From Lytechinus pictus (taxonomy: Eukaryota), in NCBI RefSeq assembly GCF_037042905.1, contig NC_087252.1:4218001-4282000 (forward strand): 64,000 bases of DNA, in the 5' to 3' direction. Numbering within the stretch: the first letter of the stretch is position 1; every line of letters starts with the position of its first letter. The position numbers were made by a program, and so were the translations under genes. This document shows positions 12,116 through 24,786 of this stretch, in pieces. The notes under the pieces are model-generated. The model did not search any database. It had not been told where the DNA came from and saw only the letters and a list, made by a program, of their open reading frames with translations.

Positions 12116-13826
12116 TATCATTATTGTTATTATTACTAGTAGTAGTATAGAAGTAGTAGTAGTAGTAGTACGATCCATAATATAATCAGTATATTATTAT
12201 TATTATTGTTATTATTATTATTATTATTATATCAATACATGTACTATTATGATTATTTGTATTTATTGTTTCCTTGTTTCCATTACCATCATAAACATTA
12301 TAGTTATTTTCATAATTATTATCATTGGAGTCCTTTATAATTTCTAAGAAAATTTGTTATCCCCTCCATAAAAATATAAATATTATCAGTAATCATTTTG
12401 AAAGTAATACAATTCCTATTGACTCTGACACACAGGAAGACGCCCATACTCCGAGCTTGGAAAAGAAAATCTAATAGAAACGTTGGCCAGTGGATACAGG
12501 TTACGTGTACCAGAGCGATGTGATGAAATGACGTAAGTTTTTATTATCATTATTGTTATTACCATTATTGATATTACTATCATTACAATGATTATCATTA
12601 TGAATACTGTTTATTATGTTATTATTATTGATAATAATAATATTATGATTATGATGATGATGATTACTATTACACTGCAAAAACTGGTGTTGATTTAACA
12701 CCAGGCCGAAATCTACGTCTCTATATCCACACCAGAGAATTCAGTGTTAAACAACACCAATATCGTTTTGGTCTAACACCAGATTGGTGTATATAAAACA
12801 CCACTTAGTATAAAAACAGCATCGGTTTGATTCCAAACTGGTGTTGTTTCAATACCTTTCTGGTGGGGACATAATTCCGGGCTGGTGTTAAATCAACACC
12901 GGAGTTTTTGCAGTGTATCATTATTATTATTATTATCATTATAAAAATGGAGGTCTTCCACATTTCAAAATGTATTAAGTAGATATATATCTCTTTATAT
13001 TTTTTTTCTGCTATATGTTTCAATATAAAAAAGAAATTTATCAGGATATTAATTGATATCCTAATGGTGTCGATTTTTTTTCATAACATTGACGAGAATG
13101 TTCCTTTTAATTACCGCTTCAATTAATTTATTTGTTGTCAACTTTAAATTTTCAGATCTGGCCTGATGAAGAGTTGTTGGGCGGAGAAAGAGAGTGAAAG
13201 ATTGACATTTGAACAGATCAAAACCCAATTAGGTGATAAAGTAGAAGAAGAAGCGGTAAGATATGGGTTACCCTTTTACTTCTCAAAATTGTTAAGATTA
13301 AATGCGTTAATAAAAATAACAAGCACACCTGTATATTCAACAGTAAAGAACAGAGTATTTTTTAAATGTAGAAATTATATTAAGAATTTTTTTTCATTTT
13401 ATCATTTTAAAGTTTGCTCACGTACCAAAGCAAAGTAAAGTATTTAGAATAAATGAAAATGCTTTGTACATTGTTGTTAATACCAACGCGTGGCCCCAAA
13501 AGGTCAAATAAATTCGTTAAACAACCATAACTAATTTCGTTTTAGCTTCTTCGTTTTCATTATGTTGACCAGTAATTTGTATCATCACTAAGTAGTATGA
13601 CTACAGAATGACAGTCGAAAAAATAAATGTTTACTTGAATTTACTTGAATATAATCAGTTTCCAGGTTTTAGGATCACATATCTACAATCAAATAATTTC
13701 AAAGGTTAAGAACTTCATGAAAATATTATATGTTTTTTTCAATCATAAACACTATTTCAGGACTACTTTGCTCTCGGAAATAACATGGATAGCTACTACG
13801 CATGCGTGGACGTGATCGAGAGATGA
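4594..13826 (+). CDS. Receptor tyrosine kinase-like pseudokinase with minimal ectodomain (STYK1/NOK-like architecture), ~425 aa, 12 coding exons
   Basis: Phase-consistent GT-AG exons: 4594-4663, 5414-5560 (TM WALALLIILLLVVAISVGLNIMFVL then RRRR), 6549-6582, 7287-7354, 7745-7915 (IGDGQFGHVWKG...PVAAREL), 8640-8741 (HENIVQVYGCC), 9527-9726 (EYVPNGSL...VANGMEYLASKQ), 10861-10956 (VIHGSLCAHNILL...KVADFGL), 11901-12027 (RWMSLERL...DIWAYGVLVWEIMTY), 12436-12532 (GRRPY...GYRLRVPERC), 13156-13255 (LMKSCW...RLTFEQI), and a less certain last exon 13761-13826 (DYFALGNNMDSYYACVDVIER*). In-frame TAA at 4582-4584 precedes the ATG. Confidence 0.85.
5685..6310. repeat. Compound (GAT/GGT)n microsatellite
   Basis: Directly visible; source of the poly-H/D/G/M/V pseudo-ORFs. 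Confidence 0.95.
8068..8306. mobile_element. MITE with CAC..GTG termini and TA flanks
   Basis: CACAGCAAAAACTGTGGTGTTAA ... TTAACACCACAGTTTTTACAGTG. Confidence 0.8.
9676..10345 (+). repeat. Four-copy minisatellite (~170-200 bp) containing a kinase exon 3' end and splice donor
   Basis: TTTGCATTCGATGTGGC..GGAATAT..TAGCAA..AG|GT(A/G)AGG with donors at 9727, 9897, 10095 and 10288. Confidence 0.9.
12673..12915. mobile_element. MITE with CACTG termini and TA flanks
   Basis: CACTGCAAAAACTGGTGTTGATTTAACACCAG ... CTGGTGTTAAATCAACACCGGAGTTTTTGCAGTG. Confidence 0.8.
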
Positions 13827-15197
13827 TGATGGCCCCGACAATAGTTTTTTTTTTCTGACAGTGACAGATGAATAGAATGTTAACCTCTTGACTACTGGAG
13901 CAGGGTGTACCTTGACAAAGCCTGTAGGGGGTTAGGGAATTTAGTAGTCGATGGGTTAACCACATTGAGTCGTATTCTTGTAAAATAACATGAGACTATA
14001 TACAAATTTTCGTCCAAACATCTATTACTACTTCTACATCAATGCCGAAGAAAATATACCAAAGAATCTAATTGTATTGCAATTTAGTTAATACCTTATT
14101 GATAATCATTCTCTCTTCGTTTTATTGGAAATCATGTATTGGACATTACTTTGGTCACTGTAGGATTAAAGTGATCTCCACTTGATGAATAAATTGACAA
14201 CAAGCACTCCATAATTTTGGTTTGAAGTATTCTAGATGCTAATTCCAATCCAATCAATGTTTTGCGAATGTCAACAACTATTTCATGTACAATGTAGTAA
14301 AAATATATACTGTATAATACGCTATATAATATATTCATATTTATTTCATAGCTCTTTTTAATGCTTGTAGAATTGTTCATTTTTATATTAATGTCAACTA
14401 TTTCATATGTTTGAATTGATGTAATACAAGTCAGAGGGAGTGGGGCTAATATAGGCCTACGCTTTATTGTAAGCCAGAAAGGCATGCCGGAGTAATGAAC
14501 TCATTACTCACAAAACACAATTTTGAAACATTAGTCTATATTTCTATTTACTGTATATGCAAAGACATTTATTACTGTAATGCATTGAAAAAAGTGCTTT
14601 TCATATAGTATTTTGAATACTTTTATGATTTTTTAAATGCATTTCATGCAAAGAAAAAATACGTATAATGGCTTGGAGAGCAATCGTATCGTACGAAATC
14701 GTAAATTCGAATATTTGGTTTTGTATTTAGTTAGTGGAGTGCATAATAGGACATGAGTATTTGCATAATCATTTTCCCCCTAATTATATTGCCAGTAAAA
14801 TACCACATAGACATTACGGCAAAATTATAAATAATGTTAAAATATCCATTCATGAAATAAAAAAAAATAGTGTATTTTTGATGAGGTTATGTTTCTTACT
14901 TCTGTTCATACTGAACTATAATGCAATTGTGTTGAACTCAAATTTTAGGGCTTTAATACGATTTTTCAAATAAACACAAATAAATATTTTGACGGCGAAT
15001 CACCCTTAATACAATGGGATTAAGGTGGTGTAGTTATTTGAGTGACCTCAATTTATTGTAGATGAAAAATATATATTTTTTTTCGGACATTATTATTTCA
15101 TGTGCTTATTTTCCTTGAAAACTTTGTTACAAAATTATTATACTGTACTTGGAATCTCACTTGCAAGAAATATTCTTCAAAGGCTCTTTCGTTACCA

Positions 15198-15492
15198 GGG
15201 GCCCGTAACACAAAACTTAGCAATGATCGTAGAACATTTTTCTACGATTAATTCCATAGACTACAATGTACAATCATCATAGAAATCAAGCGTACGATCA
15301 ATCGCTAACCTTTGTGTTACGGGACCCAGGGCTCCGTAACACAAAGGTTTGCGATGAATTGAAAATAATATGAAAGACCCACATGTGATTGGCTCCCTGT
15401 CAGTGTTTTAAACAGAGTGTGCATGCAACGATGATCTTGATTGGTCATTGGTATTAAGCGATTGATTGCAACCCTCTGTCTTACGGAGCCCA
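15198..15492. mobile_element. Two adjacent short MITEs with GGG..CCGTAAC termini (Harbinger-like)
   Basis: GGGGCCCGTAACACAAA..TTTGTGTTACGGGACCC followed directly by GGGCTCCGTAACAC..TTACGGAGCCC. Confidence 0.7.
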
Positions 15493-16382
15493 GGTCATAG
15501 TTTTCCCTTTGTATATTTCTAAATTATATTGATACATTATAATAATGAATTATATCAGTTATGGATAGCATTTTGTATTCTTATTTGATGTATCTCTCTT
15601 TATTGTCGTGTAGTGTGTAATTTCTTATCGAAATTGATAACTGTTATCCCCACAAACTGGATTAATAGCAAAATAATACTAATCTTTTTTTCAAAAAGTA
15701 TACCGTCTATACTATATCAGGTGACGCTACCTTCCTGTTGCACCGCCTTGCCCTTGCTTATGATAATTATCATGAAAATGGAGGAGTAAGAGTGTGTATC
15801 TGGAAGCCGTCAGCAAGTAGTTACGGGACTTGACTTTTAAAGCAGGAACCGCGGAACGGTTTTGAAAGTGGGGGAGGGGGGCTGACCATTGCACAAATGA
15901 CACTCAGATGTTAATTTTTAGTTTGGAAAAAATGTGGGAGGAGGGGGGGGGGGGGCTGAAGCCCACCAAGCCCCCCCCCCTCTGGTTCCACGACCCCTTT
16001 TAAGTAAAGTCCATACCTACAACAAATCGATTTCAAAAAAAAAAAAAAAATCATATTTAGGGATTTAACATTAAAATGGGTTATGCATCAAAAAGCCTTT
16101 GCATGTTTACACAAAATAAATATCATGCCAATTTTTGTTCGCAAAATGAGAGATCAGATAATAACACGAAGTCACAGTTTGTCTTATATTTCATGACATA
16201 AAAATATTGTGTTTTATAATAACAGTACCTTTGTATTTCTTCTAAAGAGTTGCAATTAATTCAAATCAAACTCAATCTGACAATAGTGCCTTTAGCCTTA
16301 TGAATAAAATAATCATATTAACAATAACGTATCTAGGAAAATGCAATACCAACGCCCCTGCATAATTTAACATATTGTTATA

Positions 16383-16506
16383 TGCTGTCGAGCGTCAGGC
16401 AAGAAATCATATGAGGTTTAGTTTTAAAAGTCTTTAGTATGACATGACCAAGGATTGAACCCATGAACTCCTGTTCATGAGGAGGAAGCTAAACCACTGA
16501 GCCACT
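16383..16506 (-). mobile_element. Degenerate tRNA-derived SINE 5' fragment
   Basis: Reverse complement reads AGTGGCTCAGTGGTTTAGC (A box) ... GGGTTCAATCC (B box). Confidence 0.55.
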
Positions 16507-17363
16507 ATGTCTTATTACTTTTGTATATATTCACCACAAACAGGGAAATTTTAAGGACTATTTTTAGGAATTCATAAAAAGCATGCATTTCTCACCATAT
16601 TCATCTAATGCGAGCGCCAATCGCTTGATGATTTTGTCAGAATTACACCTAACGCATGAAGCACTTTTTATATCATTAACATGATACGTATCTCACTTAT
16701 CAAATATTGCGAACACGAAGCGCGAGCTGAAATTTTTTAAATTCATAGGAGTAGAGGGGCATTCCAAGGCTTGTTTGTAGGAATTCACTAAGACTATACG
16801 TATTTCACTAACCACATGGTGCGAGCGCGAAGCGCGAGCAGAAAATTATGTATATTCACACCAAAAGGGACATTATATAAAAAAACTGTTTTTAGGAATT
16901 CATAAGAGCAGACATATCTCACCTCCCCAATAATGCGAAAGTAAGCACAGACTGGAAATGTTTTATATTCAGACCTTAAAAGGGGGCAATCGTATAGTTA
17001 CTCCACTGATCTGTCTATTTGTACGTGTATATGCATTTGTAATTTTGTAAGCCCGATGTGAAAGGAATTCCTAAACGGACAGTAAATATTTTATTCAATT
17101 TCAATGTTTAACGAATAACAATATACAAGCGCGTATCACTGCGTACAAAGTCCAGCCATGCATATATAATAACACGATAAGTACGTTTGTAACAATATTC
17201 CTCAACTCAACTTTTATTCAGAAGCTAGGCAGACGGCTCGCTTGATTCGTAAAAGATAGATAACCCAGAACGGAATCTATTTTCTCCTGCCCAGAATGCA
17301 CTTGCTTGACACAAGGAGAGGTCATGTACAGTATGTAGCCACATGACATCGCGAATCGCAGAT

Positions 17364-17374
17364 GGGGATTCCCC
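17364..17374 (+). promoter_or_regulatory. NF-kB/Rel site GGGGATTCCCC upstream of gene 2
   Basis: Exact match to a classical high-affinity kB site; TATAAAA at 17428-17434; ATG at 17591. Confidence 0.6.
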
Positions 17375-17590
17375 GACGACTGTATTATCACAGCCGAAAC
17401 ACAATTCTCCATGTTTGTGTGCCGCCATATAAAATAAATGGGCCAGGCTATTTCGAGTGATTAGAAAGCGCGCTGTACATAATCCTTCAATATTCCTGTT
17501 TTTACAATATTTATACGTTCGGAATTATATTGGATCACTGGAGTTTGAATTACACCAAAATCTGCTCCTCAGTATAGACGGGGAATAGAA

Positions 17591-17968
17591 ATGATGATGC
17601 TGAAGTGGACACTGATTGTGGGTGTATATTCCCTCTCATTGATAACGAGCGCAGAATCTGGTAAGTATATATATTCCAGGCTAATATAGTATTTAGCAAT
17701 GATACAAATAACTAATTTATCTACCAACTAACACATGTCACATGTTCTGCATATAGGTCGTGTTATTTTGTGGGATTTAGTGATCGATAAAATTAATAGA
17801 TAAATCAAATGAATGCATGGTAGAACTTTTCCCTCTAAAATGTGGCAATTTCCGTTATACTCTGGGATTTCCAAATTATGACTCATGCACCATGATGTAA
17901 AACAACTAATAGGCATAATCGATGCTACTGCATTTACTGGCTACTTCATACTACTAATACTACTGCTT

Positions 17969-18033
<65 letters not shown>

Positions 18034-18091
18034 GCTACTACTACTACTACTACTACTTCTACTACTACTACTACTACTACTACTGCTGCTG

Positions 18092-18137
<46 letters not shown>

Positions 18138-18154
18138 CACTACTACCACCACTA

Positions 18155-18214
<60 letters not shown>

Positions 18215-18514
18215 GGCTACTACTACACCTCAGGGGCGGAAATCTCTCCAAAAAGGTAGGAGGGGGCACGGGGCTGGGAAATTTGACAACCCCCCCCCCA
18301 AAAAAAAAAAAAAAATAAAATAAAATAAGGTCATCTCGTCCTAAAATAATGTTTTATTTCGATTTTGAATGATGTACTTCTTACCATCATAAAAGACCAA
18401 TAATAGAAGGGGGACATTTGCTATTGTGTCCGCTACTATTTTGAGTAGGGGGAACACGTCCCCCCTGTCCCCCTGGGATTTCCGCCCATGATACTACTAC
18501 TGCTACTAACACTA

Positions 18515-18549
<35 letters not shown>

Positions 18550-18562
18550 ACTATTACTACTA

Positions 18563-18594
<32 letters not shown>

Positions 18595-18607
18595 ACTATT
18601 ACTACTA

Positions 18608-18642
<35 letters not shown>

Positions 18643-21600
18643 ACCACCCATGCAAAGGACGTATCCCTGCCCCCCCTGACGAGCTTGAAATACCTTGTTT
18701 GCCCCCCTGACGAAAATCCTGGAAAATCCTAGGTACGCTAGTGCCTACTGATCATCCAAGGGTGAAGACTTACAACATAAATATAGTATCAAATTATTTG
18801 GGTGAAGATATTCTTTCCAGACATATATAATGATTATGCATTTATGGCATATTTTTCCTTAATATTGGGTTTTGTGAGTTGTCATTTTTTTTACTCACTC
18901 GGTATAACTACCATCACCACCTAAATACTTATACACTATGAAATAACGTCATATGTAGACAACTTATCAATGGGACTCAAATTAAAAATGGAAATTTTCT
19001 TATCAAAAAGCAGTTATCTCGATCGTATTAATTTCAGCAATGAACTACCTTTTTAAAAGAAATATTCGTCGATATTGATAATGATAAACACCTATTGGTA
19101 AGCTGTATTTGTCCTATAATGTTTGTGAACTATAGCCACTGTGATTTATATTTGGCTGACGTGGATCGCCATAATTCATAAATCTCTTCTTTTCCAATGC
19201 CAATGTCAGCTAATAGAATGCTAGTTGAACGGAAGAATAATGTAATGTTTGTACATGGGAACATTCAAAGGCATTATGTATATAATGCACCGCAAAGCTC
19301 AACAAAGAACGTGGCATTGTCTGCTAGCGTGGGTTTGGGGTTTTATTAATGTCATATTGGCGCGGGGTGTAGGGCTGTCGAAATGTATTTTAAGAGCAAG
19401 AGGGGGAACAGAGACAAAAAGAAAGACAGAGAGAGAGAGAGAGTAAGAGAGAAAGAAGGGGTGGGGGGCAGACAATGGATATCATAATGTATGATTATAC
19501 TTTTTTTTCTGTTTGGCTTCACAATTGCTGAATTGCTGTTTTACATCAATGTCCTGATGGATAAAAAACACATAACGTTACAATAATATTATGATACAAA
19601 ATACATATAAATATTTAAACTTAGCTATTAAAATATGATTTAAAAATACTGTAAATAATTATGTTAAGACATTAAATAATGAAATTACTTAGCTACAGAA
19701 ATATGATGATAAAATACTGTAAATAATTATAGGGAAGGGCGAAAAAAAGTTGGAAAACAAGAAATGATATAAGAGATAAGACAAAGAAAGGAAAGAGTAA
19801 AGAGAGAAAAGAAAGAAATAAGAAATAAAGGAAGGGTAAATATGAAGAAAGATACGAGACATAGAGTGAAAGAAAGAAGAGTAGAAAGAAAACAATTAAG
19901 AAAGTGAGAAAGAAAAGAAAAAAAATATTCACACACCCAACATTAAACTATCCAGTCATCAATTACCAAGTCTGCAATGCAATAACAAAGCATAATCCAA
20001 ATAATAGGGCCCTGTCTACCATGAGGCTGGGTTCACATAGAAGTATACGGTATACGATATACGGTGAGGAATGCTATTGGAAATACTGTAGTTATGTTTC
20101 CAAATTTATATTTTAAGGTTTCAAACCTGTATCAGCCTAATTGATTTTATCAATCATTCCTATTTTTGCTTTGATGACGTCATTTTTAGGGGGGGGGGCT
20201 TGATTCTCTACTCCCCCATCCCAGCTCTGTGAAATCATAGCAAAAGTAAAATAATAAATAAATCATTAGTAAACAATATTTTCTTGAATGAAATATGTTT
20301 CCACATTATTATCGACTTATTATAAGAATAATTAAGTAATTAATCAAACATGACTCAGCGATACACAACAACACAGCTCAAGTAGCCTTTGCTGCAGACC
20401 TTTTTGACCTTGTATCTTCAGTCATTTCAAGGTAAAAAAAAGACAGAACGAAAAATGCAGAGCCCACATAAATCATACAGCATGCATGTGCATGAGATAA
20501 ACTCGGAAGTGCTGGATAACTTAAATATGACGGCATGTGCTAAGAAATTCCAATAAAATGAGTACCAAGAAATCATTTCATTTGAACTTACCTCATTTAA
20601 CCAACGCACACAGTAAATATTATAGGGAAATTCAAAACACCACCTGTCACGTCTGTATACGCTGCACGAAAATCGAACAAGTACGATTCCTACTATACTA
20701 TACTATACGCAGCTATACGGCATTTTCGTATAGTGCCTTCTCATGTGACCCGGTATTAGGAAATCGTATTGTTCGATTCAAGCTATTCGCGTGCCCTCGA
20801 AAACGTGCACCGTATACCCGAATAGTATACTTCTATGTGAACCCAGCCTGAACACTACGCTGCTACCAACAGAAATGGGAACAGAATGGGAAATGCACAG
20901 TAGAATCATTACAATGATGCTGCACGTGATATGTATTAACATTGGAAGAGCTTTTTATACATTCTCTTGAAGGAGTTAATTGAAGGTAAATTTTGAAAAA
21001 TGTGGTAAATTATTCCAAATTTTTTATCCCGAATATAAAATAGACCTCTTAAAACATTCCAAGTTCGGTTTGGGTAGTATAACATTGAGTGTATCACAAT
21101 TTCTAGTTCTTACGTCATGCCTATCAACTACCAACTCAATATTATTACATAATCTTTTAGGAGTCATTCCATGTATACACCTAAACATATATGTCAATTC
21201 GGATTCCTAAAAACAGTTCTTAAAATGTCAATTTTCTGGTCTGAATATTGATATTTGCAGCTCGCACTTTGCGCTCGCATCATTTCGATGGTGAAATATT
21301 TATGGTCTTAATGAATACCTACACCAAATACTTAGAATGCCCCTCTTTAGGTCTGAATTTCCAAAAATTTTCAGCTAACGCTTCGCACTCGCATTATTTT
21401 GGTGAGACAGGTACATATCGTGATTACAAAAATTTTCTGCTCGCGCTCGCGTTATTTTATAAGTGAGATACATATCCGTTTAATGGCACAGTCCTTAAAG
21501 ATTTCTTTATTAGGTCAGGCTTTTGAGTGCGTTTCGCGGGCCCACTCAATTTCTTGCTTGTACCCATTATGACATGACCCATGGTATGCCACTGACAAAC

Positions 21601-24386
21601 ATAACATATAGACTTATGTTTTTTAAATGAATTATAGATAATCAAAATTACTAAGAAAATATAGTTCTAACAAGTATGATCTACTACCAAATCATTATAA
21701 CATTCACAATTTGAAGGAAAAGGGTTTTCATCATAAGCACCAAGCAGACTGCTAGAAAATACCTTACAGGGAGGGGGGGGGGGGGGGTCACATCCGGCCC
21801 GTGCCTCCCCCTGTAGAGAGCTATAATAACAATTTGTAATGTAAATATGCCGTTTCTACCGAAGTGTACCCCACCCCCTTTTGAAAGTGAGGATTTTTTT
21901 GTTTTGCTTGTCAATTTTTCCGCGGACAAAATGACCTTAGATTGTAGGTGAAAACCTTTTTTATTTAATTTTGTTTGTTTGTCAAATTTTCATCTGGAAA
22001 ATGTGCCTCCCTTTTGGAAAATCCTGGATCCGCCCCTGCTTACAGTAGTTGTTTAAACAGTTTAAACAATTGTTTGAAATCTAATACAACAAAGTTAATT
22101 TGTTAATATCTAATCCTCAATAACTTCAGCATTGCTTTTAAACTTTTTAACAAATACTGTAAGGTTCATGTGATAATATCAGCATTTGATGTTAAACAGA
22201 GTTTTTACTGGGTAATAAGAATTAAACATGGATGCAAGCCCAATTATTATAATGAATGTTCATGCAAAAAAAAAAAAATCTTCCTTTTCTATGTACATGC
22301 TTTTTACCGCAGAATGAACTTTGGTACGAACAGAACAAGAACGGAAATATAATTTCCGAAACCTATTGTAAATATCCAGTAGGAAAATACATCAGTATAT
22401 GATACATATTATATCATTATGTGCAAGTATTTCCTGCATAGTTCAGTAGTATTTTGTTGTTGTTGACTTTACAGACACATCGATAATAGATGACAAACTA
22501 AGGTCCACGATTTATAAACAAAAATAAAATGTTATCACTTTGAAATGGATATTCCGTTGATACATAATATAATTTCATTGGATTTTATTTAGTTTATTTA
22601 TATTTGCTGTCTTTTGTAAAACCTTTTTTTCTTTTACAAATTCACGTTTTCCAGGAGAATTCGAAAATCCCGTGCTGTCCCAAAATCCATGTGTTTTCCC
22701 GGGGTTTTCCGTATCTTGGGACAAACAAGATAAAGAAAATGGGAATACTGACTTATTAATTTCTTAGACAAAAATAAAAGAAAATAATTTGTTTATAATC
22801 ATTTTGGAATGTGGGGGGGGGGGGGTAAAAACTAAATGGGAAATGTCGTAAGCCTAGAAAAAAACAAATTTTCACTCATGATCGTCCTTCTTCACCCTGT
22901 CAATTTTGCAGCCCTTGTAGTTACCACGAACCTAACCGCAACAGCTTACAAGGGCAGAAGTATAACCCTCCCCTGCCGGTTCGAGGGTGAACCGACAGCC
23001 GTCTACTGGTACAAGCATAACCGGACTGCACCCGACGCTGAACCCAAAGTTCCCGTGCAGTTCTTTCAAGGAAAGGTGTTCAATGAAGAGGAACCGCGGT
23101 TCAACATGACCGCAGATTATTCGATGGTTATATCGGATATCCGGATCGAAGATGAAGAGATGTATTCATGCAAACCGGTTTTAGAAGACGATTCGACAGG
23201 AGAAAGTTTCACAAATCTAACTGTCATAGGTAGGTTTGATTGATACGTAACGTTCTAATAATGTCAATAAAAACAGAAAGTAGTGTGGAAGAGTTTCAAC
23301 GAATCACAGATTACTCTTAATGTTCACCATTCTCTATCATTATTGTATAGGCCTGTCATATAGGGATATATATATATATATATATATTATAGGCTATTTC
23401 ATTGGCAGTATTATCGAAATTTGATTAAATTCAGTGCCGACTAAAACGACTTATCTGTCAAAAATATCTACATTATATTTCAATTGAAATTAATTTTGTT
23501 TGAAAACAATGTTGTTCTGTCGATTGAGTCTGTTTCCTGTTTGGGCAACCTTTGGAATTTATTATAATCTTTTGTTCGAATCTGAGTCATGAATGATCGT
23601 GGTTATCTGCATGGTGCATGCACTATTGGTAACACGACATTTGCTCCTGCGACATTTGCTCCGGGTTTAATTTTGTCTAAGATGTAGGGTAAAGTTAGGG
23701 GTATGGTGTTAAACCAAGGGTTGAAGTTTGTCATTCGATTAGTGTGTGGAATTTAGAGCGGAGAAATTGTCGCCGGAGCAAACGTCATGGAACCGAACTA
23801 TTACTTATATTAGTAGGCCCTAATGGTTATCAATGAAATCACTGCTCTAGGGCGTTCAAATTCAATCGTAAATCATATTCTTTTCCTTCAGAAGCAATCT
23901 AGCATTCTTACGTTGGAAAGCATTTAACGTAAAACAAAAATAGCACTTACTTAAGATCTTCATAAACGGTCTATGATCTATGATTGCAAGTGATAAGTTA
24001 TTAATCGAAGGCTCCCAATTGCTCTTTTCACTATTTTTGGGAAACTTAGAATCTCATCACACTATTATTTATTTTCAAAAATTGTTACCGTTATGTAACC
24101 TTTTACTTCTTCCTTCTGTTATATTTTTTGTAGTATAGTTATGCCTTTTAAGAGTATTGTCAGCATTATAAAAATCATCATGTTTATTATCATTACTGTC
24201 TTTATTATTATTGATATTATAGATTACCATTATAATTATCATTACTACACTATAACATGAACTGAATTATTGATATCATTATTATTGTCATCGTAGTTAT
24301 TATTATTATTATTATTACTATTATTATTATTATTATTATTATTAGTAGTAGTAGTAGTAGTAGTAGGTCTACTACTGCTACTGCTG

Positions 24387-24440
<54 letters not shown>

Positions 24441-24499
24441 GTACTATTATTATTTTTAGTAGTAGTAGTAGTAGTAGTAGGTAGTAGTAGTAGTAGTAT

Positions 24500-24550
<51 letters not shown>

Positions 24551-24576
24551 GTCTACTACTGCTACTGCTGCTGCTG

Positions 24577-24612
<36 letters not shown>

Positions 24613-24628
24613 GTACTATTATTATTTT

Positions 24629-24676
<48 letters not shown>

Positions 24677-24724
24677 GTAGTAGTAGTAGTAGTGGTAGTA
24701 GTGGTAGTAGTGGTAGTAGTAGTA

Positions 24725-24786
<62 letters not shown>

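Noticed and set aside
4594..13826. Assigning the gene symbol STYK1, and IFI44 for gene 2
   Set aside because: Similarity is architectural or motif-level only; orthology needs phylogenetic analysis.
17885..18679. Poly-Leu, poly-Val and poly-Ser ORFs
   Set aside because: (CTA)n microsatellite translations.
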